Assembly: GCA_033762295.1 (NCBI GenBank)
Contig: JANRLW010000043.1
Span: 64,001-128,000 of the forward strand
Source of the DNA: Capsulimonadales bacterium
GTDB taxonomy: Bacteria > Armatimonadota > Armatimonadia > Armatimonadales > Armatimonadaceae
Direction of reading: 5' to 3'
DNA: 64,000 nucleotides
Positions within the stretch are counted from its first letter, which is position 1, and the number at the start of each line of letters is the position of its first letter. The notes beneath the pieces were generated by a model, which did not search any database, was not told the DNA's origin, and saw only the letters and a list, made by a program, of their open reading frames with translations. A program made the position numbers and the translations under genes. Of this stretch, positions 39,294 to 50,291 are shown piece after piece.

Positions 39294-40448
39294 TCAATCA
39301 ACGAGAACGGGCGGTGCGTCGAGCGTGAGCGGGCGTTCGGCGGGATTTCGGAAGTCCGGAAGGCGGATCGGAACGCCGCCGTTTTGGAGGGAGATCGTCG
39401 AGCAGAGTCCGGCAGCGGTCCACTCGAGCGCCTCGAAGATATCGGTGGCCGGCAACTGTTCCCCGCGGCAGGCGCGGACGAAATCCCGTGCCACAAAGAA
39501 GTCGCCGCCCCCATGTCCCGCCTTCAATGCCGCGTCCGGAGGGTTCCTCCGGTCGTCCGGCAAGTGCTCGTCGAAATCGCTGAGGGGTCGCCACTCGCGG
39601 TGATCTCCGTCCCGACTCTCACCGATCCAGATCCGGCCGCTGCCGTCGAACCGGGATGTCTCATACACACCGCCTGTCCCTTGAAGCGCATAGTAGGCCA
39701 TCTGGTGCGGGCGATTGCTCATCATGTCGACCCGTACCTTGACCAGTTTGCCCGAACGCAGGCGGCAGAGCAGGATCGTCGTGTCGTCGTGCGGGTGTTC
39801 GGGGTCGGTCCGGATACCGGTTCCCAGGCAGACCACGCCCTCGATCCGTTCCTCCGGGTCGACCGCCTTGAACCATTGCATGACCGGGCCGAGGGAGTGG
39901 GTCGGGTAGGTGCTGCCCGGCGTGCCGACCTGCCAGTAGTACCGCCAGGTCGGCGAACCGTCGGGGTAGTGGTGCAGGTTGCGTACCTCGTGCAGATATT
40001 CGCCTTCCCCGAAGTAGATTGTCCCGAACAGCCCTTTCCGGCACATCTCCCGAATCAGGACGTTGCTCTGGAGGTAGCAGTAGTTCTCCGCCATGGCGTA
40101 GACGATACCCCGGTCCGCCGCTTTCAGCGCGGCATCGCGCAATCGCCAGCACTCCTCGAGAGTGACACAGGCGGTGACTTCGCTCATCACGTGTTTTCCG
40201 GCGTTCAGCGCGGCGATCGATTGCGCGGCGTGTAACTGCATCGGCGTCGAGACGACGACGGCGTCGACGGCCTCGAGCATTTCGAGGAATGAGGTGAAGC
40301 GGTGCGGAATCTCCAGCGCGTCTCCCTGCCGTTGCAGGGTTTCCGGGTCGATATTGCAGAGCGCGGTCAGTTCCGTCTCGGGCTGAAGGCGAAGCGCGGT
40401 GGCGAACGCCGCCCCACGCTGCCCGGCGATTCCAATTCTGAGAGGCAT
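39294..40448 (-). CDS. Gfo/Idh/MocA family oxidoreductase
   Basis: VSTPMQLH, AGKHVMSEV, AENYCY, YPTHSLGP, GHGGGD. Confidence 0.9.
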   Translation of the reverse strand: MPLRIGIAGQRGAAFATALRLQPETELTALCNIDPETLQRQGDALEIPHRFTSFLEMLEAVDAVVVSTPMQLHAAQSIAALNAGKHVMSEVTACVTLEECWRLRDAALKAADRGIVYAMAENYCYLQSNVLIREMCRKGLFGTIYFGEGEYLHEVRNLHHYPDGSPTWRYYWQVGTPGSTYPTHSLGPVMQWFKAVDPEERIEGVVCLGTGIRTDPEHPHDDTTILLCRLRSGKLVKVRVDMMSNRPHQMAYYALQGTGGVYETSRFDGSGRIWIGESRDGDHREWRPLSDFDEHLPDDRRNPPDAALKAGHGGGDFFVARDFVRACRGEQLPATDIFEALEWTAAGLCSTISLQNGGVPIRLPDFRNPAERPLTLDAPPVLVD

Positions 40449-40467
40449 TTCGGATTCTCCCCCGGTG

Positions 40468-41757
40468 TCAGGCGCGGAAATAGGCCAGAAGGTCGCCTTC
40501 CGCGTCCCAGAGTTCGTCGAACATCACCCGGAGCCGATCGAGCGAACAGACGGCGCGGGCGAGCGGGTCCAGCAGGACGGCATGGTAGGCGTATTCCCGG
40601 TTTCGTTCCTGCACCGCCCGGACGGCGAGTTCCTGCGGGGCGATATTGGTCAGGTTCAGGTGCGCCAGTTGGGGCGGCAACGAGCCGACATGGCACGGAT
40701 GGACTCCCTGTCCGTCGACGAGGCACGGCACCTCGACACAGCAACCGTTCGGCAGGTTGTCGATCAATCCGTGGTTCATAACGTTGCCCCAGAACCGGAA
40801 CGGACGGTCGGCGACGACGGCGCGGATGATCTGCGAGGCGTACTCGACGGAAACCGTCAGATCGCGCAAGGGGGCGTTCTCCGGGTCCGACAGGTAGGGA
40901 CGGCGCGCGTAGTTCGGTTCGGCGGCGACCGTACGTCGGCTCAGTTGAAACTGCTCCAACAGTTCCGGGGTTCGACGGAAGTACGGATGGTACTCCGAGC
41001 AATGGACCGTCGATTCGGAGACGAAATAGCCGAAATGGCGCATCATCTCAAAACGGACGTTGTCTTTGGCGACCGTATCGGGATCGTTCAGGGCGTTCCG
41101 AAGGCGCGGATAGACATCCTCCCCCCGGTGATCGAGTTTCAGGAACCAGCACTGGTGGTTGATGCCCGCCGCCAGGTACGACAGCTCCCCGCGCGCAATG
41201 CCGATATAGTCCGCGATCTGGTTCGATGTATGCTGAATGGAATGGCAAAGGCCGACATTGGCGATCCTCGATCCCCGGGAATGCAACCAGGTCAGCATGC
41301 ACATCGGATTGGTATAATTCAGAAGGAGAGCGTCGGGGCAGAGTTCCTCCATGTCCCGACAGATGGCCCATTGGACGGGCGCGGTCCGCAGAAAGCGGAA
41401 GATACCGCCGACGCCGATGGTGTCCGCCACCGACTGCTCGATGCCGTACTTCTGCGGAATCTCGACTTCGATATTATGGGGATAACCGGCGTAGGCCGCA
41501 CCGCCGACCGAAATACTGGTAACGACGAAATCCGCGCCGTCGAGCAGTTCGCGACGGTCCGTACCGCTGACGATCTTCGCCCCAAGGTGATTGGCTTCGA
41601 CCACCCGCCGCATGAAACGGGTAATCGCCGCAAGCCTGCCTTCATGGATATCGCATAGAGCGATGGTCGCGTCCTTGAGTTCGGGGAGGGAAAGGATATC
41701 GCACGAGAGTTCCGCCCCGAACCCGCTTCCCGCGCCGATGATTACGATCTTTGTCAT
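40468..41757 (-). CDS. melA: Glycoside hydrolase family 4 alpha-galactosidase
   Basis: IGAGSGF, ADFV, DTIGVGG, NYTNPM, GLCHS, AGINH. Confidence 0.88.
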   Translation of the reverse strand: MTKIVIIGAGSGFGAELSCDILSLPELKDATIALCDIHEGRLAAITRFMRRVVEANHLGAKIVSGTDRRELLDGADFVVTSISVGGAAYAGYPHNIEVEIPQKYGIEQSVADTIGVGGIFRFLRTAPVQWAICRDMEELCPDALLLNYTNPMCMLTWLHSRGSRIANVGLCHSIQHTSNQIADYIGIARGELSYLAAGINHQCWFLKLDHRGEDVYPRLRNALNDPDTVAKDNVRFEMMRHFGYFVSESTVHCSEYHPYFRRTPELLEQFQLSRRTVAAEPNYARRPYLSDPENAPLRDLTVSVEYASQIIRAVVADRPFRFWGNVMNHGLIDNLPNGCCVEVPCLVDGQGVHPCHVGSLPPQLAHLNLTNIAPQELAVRAVQERNREYAYHAVLLDPLARAVCSLDRLRVMFDELWDAEGDLLAYFRA

Positions 41758-41760
41758 GCG

Positions 41761-42609
41761 CTAAGTTTCAAGCGTCGACGCGAACTCTCCTGCGACCGGT
41801 CCATTGTCAGGTTGGCGGTATGGAGGCGTGATGGAATCGAGGAACCGCAGCGAGGCGGAAACGGCTTGCGATGTCACCTCGAAGGGTAGACCGTCCCTTG
41901 CCGCCGCGTCCCGTACGCGAGGAAGAACCGCGGCCAGTTCGTCCATCGCCCGTCGGAGGGTCGCGATCTTCTCCTCCGGGGACGGGGTTCGTGGCCCATC
42001 GACGTCCGGAAGGGGTTCGTGTCCGAAGTAGTGCCGGACGGCATTACCCGCGTTGACCACATAGGGAAACAGTCCCATCCGCTCCTCGCCGGGGTTTCGG
42101 GCGACATATTTGACACAAACCAGCCACATCAGGAAAAAGAATCGGGTTTCCCGGAGGAGGCATTCCGTTTCTCCGTACTCCGGTTCCGGATTGCCGCCGG
42201 TCGTCAGCGGTTCCGCGCGTTTCGGGAGGTTGCCCCGGTCGAACAGGAGCCGGGCGTCCGTGCCGATCCATGCCGCCTTCCGTTGCCAGAGGGTAAAGTC
42301 GACGTTCTGCGCTCCGGTTTCGCCACCGGGGAAGGCGACATTGAAGGAGGTGCCGCCCGGCGGGCCGTTGGGGGTCTGTTCGAGCACGAACAACGGCGAG
42401 AACGGGGCGATGAAACCGGCGAAATCCTCACGGATGGCGTCGAAAGGCGGGTCGTCCGTCACCACCCAGAGATCGAGATCGCTCCAATCGTCGCCGGTTC
42501 CGCGCCCGAGCGAACCCCAGAGCCAGACGGCGGCCACCCGGCGATCGTCCCGGAGAAAACCGACCATCCGCGTCAGCAAGGCATCCCGCTCCCGACGGCG
42601 TAATTTCAT
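41761..42609 (-). CDS. Nucleotidyltransferase domain protein (Pol-beta superfamily, antibiotic-adenylyltransferase-like architecture)
   Basis: WLWGSLGRG..DDWSDLDL motif with a helical C-terminal region. Confidence 0.75.
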   Translation of the reverse strand: MKLRRRERDALLTRMVGFLRDDRRVAAVWLWGSLGRGTGDDWSDLDLWVVTDDPPFDAIREDFAGFIAPFSPLFVLEQTPNGPPGGTSFNVAFPGGETGAQNVDFTLWQRKAAWIGTDARLLFDRGNLPKRAEPLTTGGNPEPEYGETECLLRETRFFFLMWLVCVKYVARNPGEERMGLFPYVVNAGNAVRHYFGHEPLPDVDGPRTPSPEEKIATLRRAMDELAAVLPRVRDAAARDGLPFEVTSQAVSASLRFLDSITPPYRQPDNGPVAGEFASTLET

Positions 42610-42639
42610 ACTTCGATATCGTTCGTCGCGGGCGCGTCG

Positions 42640-44013
42640 TTAAACCGGTCCTCGGCGAAGCGATTCGATGGTTTTCTTTGCCCGTTCGATCACAATCTCC
42701 AGACCGCCCGGCGCGAACGGCGTCTGCCAGACCGGATACATATCCCGATCGTAAAACTCGGCGGGGGGGAGGTAACCCCACCAGCCATTGGTCACGTTCA
42801 TCACGAGGATCGGTTGGCCCGGAAAGGCGGCCCGCAACTCCGTCTGCAGGCGGGAGTAGGCTTCGGTCGGCGTCGCGACGACGAAGGCATCGCCGACCTT
42901 CCAGACCCAGAGCGGGAGGGTGGCGGTCGGACGACCGCCGAGGGCCTGTCGGATACGCTGACGCCGCCGCAGTTTTTCGCGGTCCGCCGGTTCGCTGGAG
43001 GCGGCCCACCGTTTTTCCTCGTCGGTTTCGCCCTGCCATTCCGGTTTGAGCGGCAGATCGACTTCCACCAGGGCGGCCCGCAAATCGGACGGGTAGGCGG
43101 TCGGAGTCGAGGGCGGAATCGGTGTCCACTCGGCGAGCGGCGCGCCGGATTCGACCACACGGGTGAAGGCGAGGGCGGTTGCCGGACGCGCGGCGTTCGT
43201 GGCCAGTGCGGCGAAAGCGATCGGCACTCCCGCTTTGTAGGCCGCAAGGTCGAGATCGTCCGGGGTCGTCGGGAGCGGCGAGAGTTCCCCCGAGGCTCCC
43301 TGAAGGAACATACAGAGGCGGAACCACTCGTCCTCGATCCCGATGCGCAGGTCATGGACGAAATCGGCGGAGATCTCGCGATTGTCGTAGTTCATCACGG
43401 TCGGGTGACAGGCATAGTTGACCAGCAGCGCATCACCGTGGCGGAGTCGGGCGATCAGGAGCGTATCGTCGGCGGGCGCGTGTTCGTTCAGACCGATCAC
43501 ATAACGTTCCCGTCCCTCCGGGTCCGGTTGATCGCGGTTCACCGCCACCAGGCATTTACCGTAGGCAAATTCCAGGTCGTCGTCCTGCGCCGAGTCGAGA
43601 GCGTCGCCAATCGTGCGAAGGAGCGTCTCGCGGAGGAAATCCAGGTACGGGGCGATCAGATGGCCGCCGGGTCGGTCGGCATCGGCCCGGCAGAGGACCG
43701 GACCGGCATGGGTATGGGAAAAATTCAGGAGGAAGTTCGCCGGATCGAGGGAAAGGGCGTCGAGAACCGCCGAGCGAACGTACCATTCGTCGGCGGGGTC
43801 GCGCCACCAGCCGAGGTCGGCTGCCGCAAGGACGAGCGGGCCGGGTTCCAGCGTCAGGACGGTCAGCGTCAGGTGAGAGCGGATTCCCTCCGCCTGTTCG
43901 TGGTCCGACGCGCCCCAGTTCCGATGATAGATGCCGACCGGCGGGGTAATGTCGGCGCGGGCGATACCGATGCGACCGGAGAATCCGGGCGGAGAAAAAA
44001 CGGGTCCTGGCAT
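42640..44013 (-). CDS. Neutral/alkaline ceramidase-like amidohydrolase
   Basis: ADITPP, SHTHAGP, NYACHPT, FLQGASG motifs. Confidence 0.75.
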   Translation of the reverse strand: MPGPVFSPPGFSGRIGIARADITPPVGIYHRNWGASDHEQAEGIRSHLTLTVLTLEPGPLVLAAADLGWWRDPADEWYVRSAVLDALSLDPANFLLNFSHTHAGPVLCRADADRPGGHLIAPYLDFLRETLLRTIGDALDSAQDDDLEFAYGKCLVAVNRDQPDPEGRERYVIGLNEHAPADDTLLIARLRHGDALLVNYACHPTVMNYDNREISADFVHDLRIGIEDEWFRLCMFLQGASGELSPLPTTPDDLDLAAYKAGVPIAFAALATNAARPATALAFTRVVESGAPLAEWTPIPPSTPTAYPSDLRAALVEVDLPLKPEWQGETDEEKRWAASSEPADREKLRRRQRIRQALGGRPTATLPLWVWKVGDAFVVATPTEAYSRLQTELRAAFPGQPILVMNVTNGWWGYLPPAEFYDRDMYPVWQTPFAPGGLEIVIERAKKTIESLRRGPV

Positions 44014-44063
44014 GATGAGCGTTTGAAATCCATCGTCAGTACGGATGCCGGTACTATTCGACG

Positions 44064-45938
44064 TCAGACCACGCGATTCTTTCCGGAATTCTTGGCATCA
44101 TAAAGACGTTTGTCGGCCGTATTCAGGAGAGCCTCCGGGCTCGCGCCGGGGGCGTCGGCGATTCCGATGCTGACGGTCACGCGAAGCTCCGGGTGGATGT
44201 CGTCCCACGGGTATCGCTCCACCTCTTCGCGCAGCCGTTCGCACACGTTCCGCGCTTCGGAGAGGGGCATATCGGGGAAGATCAGCGCGAACTCCCCCGC
44301 TCCGTACCGGGCGACAAGATCGGTTTCGCGGACGTTCATTTGAAAGATCCGGGCGACGGTTCGCAACACGGAGTCGCCGACCCGGTACGAAAAACGGTCA
44401 TTGACCTCGCGGAAATTGTCGAGATCGGCGATGGCGGCGACCGGCGTGGCCTGCGGATCGCGGGGCGTCATCGCCGACTCCAGCCATTCGAAGAGGTATC
44501 GCCGATTAAACGCGCCCGTCCCGACATCCTCGTTCAATCTCCGGGCGAGTTCTCGCAACGCCTGATCCTTTTCGGCATTGAGTTTCGCCAGTTCCATCGC
44601 TCGTTCGCGAAGGAGTTCGGCATCGCGCCGGCCGTAGCTTACCTCCAGTTTGGCGAGACGGAACGCGAGGAGAACGCGGGCGCGTTCCTGATCGCGGAGG
44701 CGTTCCAGATCCCGGAATTCGCGGTATGCTTCGAACGCCGCCCGGTAATCGCCCTCCGCCTCCGCGATTTGCGACCGCAGGGAATGGATACGCGCCAGAA
44801 AGTGAGGGCGTTCCTCCTCGGCCTCGGTACGCAGCGCCTCGGCCAGGATGGTCTTCGCCTCCTGAACCCGACCGTATTTCAAATGGTAGGTCGCGATACT
44901 GATCAGCGGATCGACGACATCGGCAGGGGACGGCAGACTCCGTGCTTCGTTGAGCGATTTCCGTAGAAGCTTCTCCGCACTCAACGTATCGCCGACCGCA
45001 TCGAACACCTCGCCGAGATTGACCAGCGGCAGAATCCGCGCCGCGGAATCTCCGGTGGCGGTCGCGGTGACCAGAGCGCGTTTGGCGATCGGCAGGGCGA
45101 CTTCCGGCTGTCCGAGTCGAAGGTAGGTGGCCGCCAGATTGGTAAGGGCCATCGCGAAGGCCGTTGGGAGGTTGGCCGACGGCAATCCGGTTTCCAGATG
45201 TCGGATGCTGGCTTCGAACCGCTGACGCGCTTCGTCCCAGCGTTCCATCTGGTAATACGTATGTCCCAGGTTGACGAGAGTCATGCCGATCAGTTCGTCA
45301 TCCTGGGCGGCGTAGGCGTTTTCCAGCGCCTCCTCCTGATAAATCAGGCTCTCGGCGAAATGTCCCTGGTTGCTCAGGTAGCCGGCCAGATTGCACAGAC
45401 CTTTTCCGAGGCCGACCGGGTCGCCGATTTCGCGCCAGATCGGGATCGCCTTCAGGCTGTGTTCGATCGCCGCTCCGTAACCGCCTTCCCGGAACGAGAT
45501 CAACCCGAGATTTTGAAGGCACCGGGCCTCCGACCGCCGGTCGCCGACGGTACGCGCGATCTCCAGAGCATTGAGATAATCACCGGCGGCCTCCGTCGTC
45601 CGGCCGACGAACAGGGCGAGATTCGCCCGAACCCGGAGAGCGTTGCCAAGGGCGGAGTCGTACCCGAGGCGTTTCGCCCCTTCGATCGCCTCCTCGATCA
45701 GATGGGCGGCAGCGTCGCGATCCGTATGCTGACTGGCCGTTGCCTGATCGATCATCCGGTCGATTTCTTCGCGACGTCGCGCTTCCGGCGTCGGACTGTG
45801 GTTATTCCTGGCGATACTGAAATTGAACAAGGGTGTTTCTCTCCGGTGTTTTCTGCCACTCGAAGAGGAACGGCAAATACCATGCCTGAGCGTCGATCGA
45901 CCTCGCGCATGGGAAAAAATCGGAGAGGTGACGATCAA
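44064..45938 (-). CDS. TPR-containing protein with a degenerate GGDEF domain (start uncertain)
   Basis: TPR/NLG repeats; DLDNFREVND, RETD I-site, RYGAGEF, AKNSGKNRV. Confidence 0.88.
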   Translation of the reverse strand: MIVTSPIFSHARGRSTLRHGICRSSSSGRKHRRETPLFNFSIARNNHSPTPEARRREEIDRMIDQATASQHTDRDAAAHLIEEAIEGAKRLGYDSALGNALRVRANLALFVGRTTEAAGDYLNALEIARTVGDRRSEARCLQNLGLISFREGGYGAAIEHSLKAIPIWREIGDPVGLGKGLCNLAGYLSNQGHFAESLIYQEEALENAYAAQDDELIGMTLVNLGHTYYQMERWDEARQRFEASIRHLETGLPSANLPTAFAMALTNLAATYLRLGQPEVALPIAKRALVTATATGDSAARILPLVNLGEVFDAVGDTLSAEKLLRKSLNEARSLPSPADVVDPLISIATYHLKYGRVQEAKTILAEALRTEAEEERPHFLARIHSLRSQIAEAEGDYRAAFEAYREFRDLERLRDQERARVLLAFRLAKLEVSYGRRDAELLRERAMELAKLNAEKDQALRELARRLNEDVGTGAFNRRYLFEWLESAMTPRDPQATPVAAIADLDNFREVNDRFSYRVGDSVLRTVARIFQMNVRETDLVARYGAGEFALIFPDMPLSEARNVCERLREEVERYPWDDIHPELRVTVSIGIADAPGASPEALLNTADKRLYDAKNSGKNRVV

Positions 45939-45973
45939 CCTGCCCCATCGGAGGAACGGAGAAACTCGCCGGG

Positions 45974-46801
45974 CTAACCTTCCGCCTCGTCCCGAAACTC
46001 ATCGGCGGCGTCGGCGGACAGGAAGACCGCCTCCTCCGGGCACAGGATGGTCATGCCGCCATCGGCGCGAAGCGACTGGCCGGTGATGAAGGAGGCATCG
46101 TCGGAGGCCAGGAACACCGCCACCCGACCGATCTCCTCCGGTCGTCCGACTCGCCGGAGCGGATAGGAGGTGGGGAAGAGCCGCCGGGTTCGCTCGGTAT
46201 GGATCGCTCGCCAGCGTTCCTCTCCCATCGACATGATATGACCGGGCAGAATGGCATTGACACGGATTCCGCGCGGGCCCAGTTCGACGGCCAGCGACCG
46301 CGTCATACCGATCATGGAGGATTTGCTCGTTTGATAGGCGATCCGACCGGTCAGGGCGACCTCTCCGAGAACGGAAGCGATGTTGACGATGGCCGAGCCG
46401 GGCCGCAGATAGGGCAGCGCTTTGCGGATCAACTGGACCGGGGCTTCGACGTTGACGGAGTGCACGTCCCGCCAGTGTTCCGGCGTCGTTTCCTCGATCC
46501 GTCGGGTCGTCTGGTTGGCCGCGTTATTGACGAGGAGATCCGGCCCCCCGAAGCGTTCACGACCGGCATCGACCAGTTTCTGTTGCAGCGTATCGTCGCG
46601 GATATCGCCGGGGAACCCGAGGACTCGATCGCCGAACCCGGAGCGCAGTTCGTCGACGAGCGAGGCCAGTTCCTCGGCCCGCAGGTCGGTCAGGACGACC
46701 CGGGCGCCGTCGCGCAGGAATTCCCGGGAGATGGCCGCGCCGATTCCGTAGGCCGCGCCGGTAATGATCGCCGTTCGCCCATCGAGTTTCTTGTCCGCCA
46801 A
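45974..46801 (-). CDS. SDR family oxidoreductase
   Basis: TGAAYGIG, LVNNAA, YQTSK. Confidence 0.92.
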   Translation of the reverse strand: MADKKLDGRTAIITGAAYGIGAAISREFLRDGARVVLTDLRAEELASLVDELRSGFGDRVLGFPGDIRDDTLQQKLVDAGRERFGGPDLLVNNAANQTTRRIEETTPEHWRDVHSVNVEAPVQLIRKALPYLRPGSAIVNIASVLGEVALTGRIAYQTSKSSMIGMTRSLAVELGPRGIRVNAILPGHIMSMGEERWRAIHTERTRRLFPTSYPLRRVGRPEEIGRVAVFLASDDASFITGQSLRADGGMTILCPEEAVFLSADAADEFRDEAEG

Positions 46802-46884
46802 GAACGCACCCTCCGTCGTTCACCCGCTCCTGCGGGTCAGCACTGTTTCCGGGACGTTCACCGGAGGCCGCTTGAAACCCTTCC

Positions 46885-46914
46885 CCGCCCGCCGGTGAGG
46901 GGACCGGCGGGCGG
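46885..46914 (-). terminator. GC-rich hairpin downstream of alkaline phosphatase
   Basis: CCGCCCGCCGGT-6nt-ACCGGCGGGCGG; weak U tract. Confidence 0.5.
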
Positions 46915-46922
46915 AATACGGT

Positions 46923-48863
46923 TCAATATCCGCCGAGGGCGGCGCGCATCAGCTTGAAAAAGACGTCCGTGTTCTCCTGGACACCGACGAAGAGATTGCG
47001 AACGGCTTCATTCCGGCTGAACGCCGAGATCGGAATATCGTCGGCGGTATGGTCGGCAGACCCGCGCCCGATCTGGCCGCGAACGAAAAAGCCGGTTTCC
47101 TTTTCCTCCCGGTCGACCGGGGTCGCGGCATACCCGAGGGATGCCAGTTCCTTTTTCAGGTCGGCGGGCAAGGCGCTGTCGATCACCGGTCGCGGCTTGG
47201 ACAGCCAGTTTTCAAACCGGTCGGCGTTCGATCCGAATCCGATCAGCAGTTTGCGCGGCGGGTCGAAGGTCGCCGGATACCCGTCAGCGAGAATTTCGTA
47301 GGCCGGGAAGGCATCCTGATTGATGAGTGTCTGGCGGACGGGTCGGTCCTCCGGTTTGACCTGACCGGCGTCGGACGCCGCGTTACGGGTCTGTTCGGAG
47401 GTCGTATCCAGAGTGCCGATGACGCTGAAGCCGGAGCATTCGTGGTCGGCGACCACGATAACGACGGTGTCGGCATTCCGTTCGGCGAAATCGCGGCAAA
47501 CCTGCACGGCACGGTCGAATTCGAGGGTATCGCCGATCACACGGTCGGCGTCCATCAGGTGCGACTGCTTGTCGATATGCGCCCCTTCGACGAGCAGGAA
47601 GAAGCCGTTACGGTTCTTGCTTAGCACCTTGATGGCGGCGTCCGCCATTTCGTCGAGCATCGGCTGGTCGGGGGCGCGGTAATCATCGACCACGCCGCGG
47701 ACCGTGGGCCGACGGCGTTTCGCGATCTTATCGAGCGCGGTATTCATGTTGCCGTAGGCGAAGAGTCCGAGGAGTTTATCCGGAACCGCCCCCTGCATCG
47801 TCCGGTTCAGTTCGGTGGCGGTGGCGACATAGGCGAATCCGGCGGTTTTGAAGTCGTTCAGCAGGTCGCGATTGGGGTCGATCGTTCCGGGCGCGATCTT
47901 CCAGGCGTCGATCAGGTCTGACGGCAGCGGGCCGTAATCCCCTTTCTGCGTGCGGGAGGAGCCGAACACGGGCGAACCGTCCGCCCCGGTCTGCGGCAGA
48001 AACCAGCGTCGTCCGCCGCCCATCAGGACGGCGAGGCCGCTGCGCTCCCGTTCATCGAGGAACTGATCGCAGATCCCCGTACCGGCTCCGCGGTCCCCGG
48101 TATGCACCGCAGTGGCGGCGGGGGTAGCATCCTCGATATCGGCGGTGGTGACGACTCCCAGGGACGTTCCCCGCTTCCGGTGCAGGTAGGCGGCCAGATA
48201 CTCCACGCGCGGAAAGGAGAAGGGATCGGAGAGTCGTGCCGGATAGACCCCTTCCTGCCCGTTGTTCGCGTGATTCCCGGTCGAATAGCAGGCCATTCCC
48301 GGCGCGGAGTCGGTAATGACGGCGTTCAGCGAGGAGGTTGTCACCATGCCGGTGGCCGGGAAGCGGTCCATCGCCAGGAACCCTCGGGGGCGTCCGCCGT
48401 TCAGTCCGTAGCGAACGATCCGGGCGGCGGTCCGATGCGCCGTCCCCATGCCGTCCCCGAGGCAAAGAATGATATTTTTGATCGGGCGTTTCCCGCCGTT
48501 GCCGCGGATCGCTTCGATCCGGGCGGTGGTCGTTGTCGTTCCGGAGTCGTCGGTGGCCTTCACTTCCACGACGTGCATCCCCGGCTTGTCCAGAAAGAAG
48601 CCGCGCCGGTTGAAGCCGGACACGCCGTCGCGGGTATCGTTGGACGTGAAGGCGACCGGCTGGCCGTCGACACGAAGTTCGACGTTACGGACGGCTCCTG
48701 CGGCGGGCGAAGCCTCGATACGAAGGTCAAAACGCTGGTCGACCAGGAAACGCGCGCCGTCGGCCGGGAGCACCGTGACGGTCGGCGCGGCGGACGCCGC
48801 ACCGGGACCGAACCAGAGAAGCGCCGTCAGCAGCAGGACGGGAGTTATCAGGCGGTAATTCAT
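46923..48863 (-). CDS. Alkaline phosphatase (PhoA family)
   Basis: Signal peptide; LGDGMG, TDSA active site, DATPAA, EGAHIDKQSH, ADHE, HT. Confidence 0.92.
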   Translation of the reverse strand: MNYRLITPVLLLTALLWFGPGAASAAPTVTVLPADGARFLVDQRFDLRIEASPAAGAVRNVELRVDGQPVAFTSNDTRDGVSGFNRRGFFLDKPGMHVVEVKATDDSGTTTTTARIEAIRGNGGKRPIKNIILCLGDGMGTAHRTAARIVRYGLNGGRPRGFLAMDRFPATGMVTTSSLNAVITDSAPGMACYSTGNHANNGQEGVYPARLSDPFSFPRVEYLAAYLHRKRGTSLGVVTTADIEDATPAATAVHTGDRGAGTGICDQFLDERERSGLAVLMGGGRRWFLPQTGADGSPVFGSSRTQKGDYGPLPSDLIDAWKIAPGTIDPNRDLLNDFKTAGFAYVATATELNRTMQGAVPDKLLGLFAYGNMNTALDKIAKRRRPTVRGVVDDYRAPDQPMLDEMADAAIKVLSKNRNGFFLLVEGAHIDKQSHLMDADRVIGDTLEFDRAVQVCRDFAERNADTVVIVVADHECSGFSVIGTLDTTSEQTRNAASDAGQVKPEDRPVRQTLINQDAFPAYEILADGYPATFDPPRKLLIGFGSNADRFENWLSKPRPVIDSALPADLKKELASLGYAATPVDREEKETGFFVRGQIGRGSADHTADDIPISAFSRNEAVRNLFVGVQENTDVFFKLMRAALGGY

Positions 48864-48955
48864 TCGCCAATTTCCTTCAAGTGTGCATGATTTCGGAATG
48901 TCTTACTGAATGCCCTGAATCGAACCGGCGGGGCTGGTTCCCCGCCCGGTGGCGA

Positions 48956-50134
48956 CTACCAGTCGCCGATGCTGCCATCCGTGTAGAAGACCCGTTGTGG
49001 AATCTCCTGTCGGAAGGGGTATTTCTTCACCGCCTCCTCGTTGATCTCGATACCCAGACCGGGCTTCGTTCCGGGGCGAACGATCCGTCCTTCGTGTTCG
49101 ACGGTGAACGTTTCGGAGCAGACCTCTTCGCGCCAGGGCACGTCGAGGTGAACGGATTCGCAGATGACGTAGGAGGGGGCGGAGAATCCGAACTCAAGCG
49201 AGGCGGCGGTGGAGACGGGGCCTTGCGGGTTATGCGGCGCGAGGGCGACCCGGTAGGCTTCGCACAGGGCGGCGATGCGCCGGATTTCTGACAGGCCGCC
49301 GCAGTGGGTGATATCCGCCTGAACGACGGAGCAGGCGCGTTTTTCGAGCAGGTCGCGGAAGTCCCAGAGTCCGACCATTCGTTCGCCGGTGGCGATCGGC
49401 GTCGTCACGGACCGCTGGATCAGGGCGATATCGTCGATGGTTTCGGGCCAGCAGGGTTCTTCGAACCAGTAGAGCCCATAGGGTTCCAGCGCTTTGGCGA
49501 ACATCAGCCCCATGCGCGGCGACGGGCGGGCGTGGCAGTCCACCATGATATCGATGCTGTCGCCGACGGCTTCGCGCAGGGCGGCGACACACTTTTCGGC
49601 GTACCGGATCGGCATCAGCCCTTCGAGCGGCATCGTCGGCGGGACGGCCATCGTTTTGAAGGCGGTGAACCCGTCTTCGACGGCTTTCCGGGCAAGTTCG
49701 GCGAAGCGAACGGCATCGGCGGGAGCGGTTTCGTAGAAGTCCTCCATTTTGCCGCCTCCGAGGTGGGAGTACAGGCGGATATGGTCCCGAACGGGGCCGC
49801 CCCAGAGTTTATGGCAGGGGACGCCGAGGGACTTGCCGAGGATATCCCAGAGGGCGATATCGATTCCGGAGATGGCGGTTCCGCGGACGATCCCGTTGCC
49901 ATGCCAGAAGTGCTGGCGGTACATCATCTGCCAGAGGTATTCGATCCGGGTCGGGTCCTCTCCGAGGAGCAGTTGGGAAAGGTCTTCGATCGCCCCCACC
50001 ACGGCGCGGGTGTGCCATTCCAGCGTCGCCTCACCCCATCCCCAGAGTCCCGGTTGGTCGGTGACGACCTTGACGAAGATCCAGTTCCGCATCCGGGCGT
50101 TGCAGATGTGCGTCTCGATCGCCGTGATTTTCAT
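48956..50134 (-). CDS. dgoD: Galactonate dehydratase (mandelate racemase family)
   Basis: [47 protein letters not shown]. Confidence 0.9.
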   Translation of the reverse strand: MKITAIETHICNARMRNWIFVKVVTDQPGLWGWGEATLEWHTRAVVGAIEDLSQLLLGEDPTRIEYLWQMMYRQHFWHGNGIVRGTAISGIDIALWDILGKSLGVPCHKLWGGPVRDHIRLYSHLGGGKMEDFYETAPADAVRFAELARKAVEDGFTAFKTMAVPPTMPLEGLMPIRYAEKCVAALREAVGDSIDIMVDCHARPSPRMGLMFAKALEPYGLYWFEEPCWPETIDDIALIQRSVTTPIATGERMVGLWDFRDLLEKRACSVVQADITHCGGLSEIRRIAALCEAYRVALAPHNPQGPVSTAASLEFGFSAPSYVICESVHLDVPWREEVCSETFTVEHEGRIVRPGTKPGLGIEINEEAVKKYPFRQEIPQRVFYTDGSIGDW

Positions 50135-50261
50135 GCCCTTACCTTCGGTGCGTCCCGGCCATTTCCCTGCCGTTCACAGCGTCCGGCTTTTCCAGCGGTT
50201 TCCTGGCCGGTGGTCGAAAAAGAATCAGGAGGAAGTGGGGACGAACGTCTGTTGATAAAAG

Positions 50262-50291
50262 GTCTGCTTTACCGGCGATACGCTGGTCGTC
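50262..50291 (+). pseudogene. Isolated HINT N-terminal block remnant (VCFTGDTLVV)
   Basis: GTC TGC TTT ACC GGC GAT ACG CTG GTC matches the HINT block A pattern C-F-x-x-x-T-x-V; stop codons immediately upstream. Confidence 0.6.
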
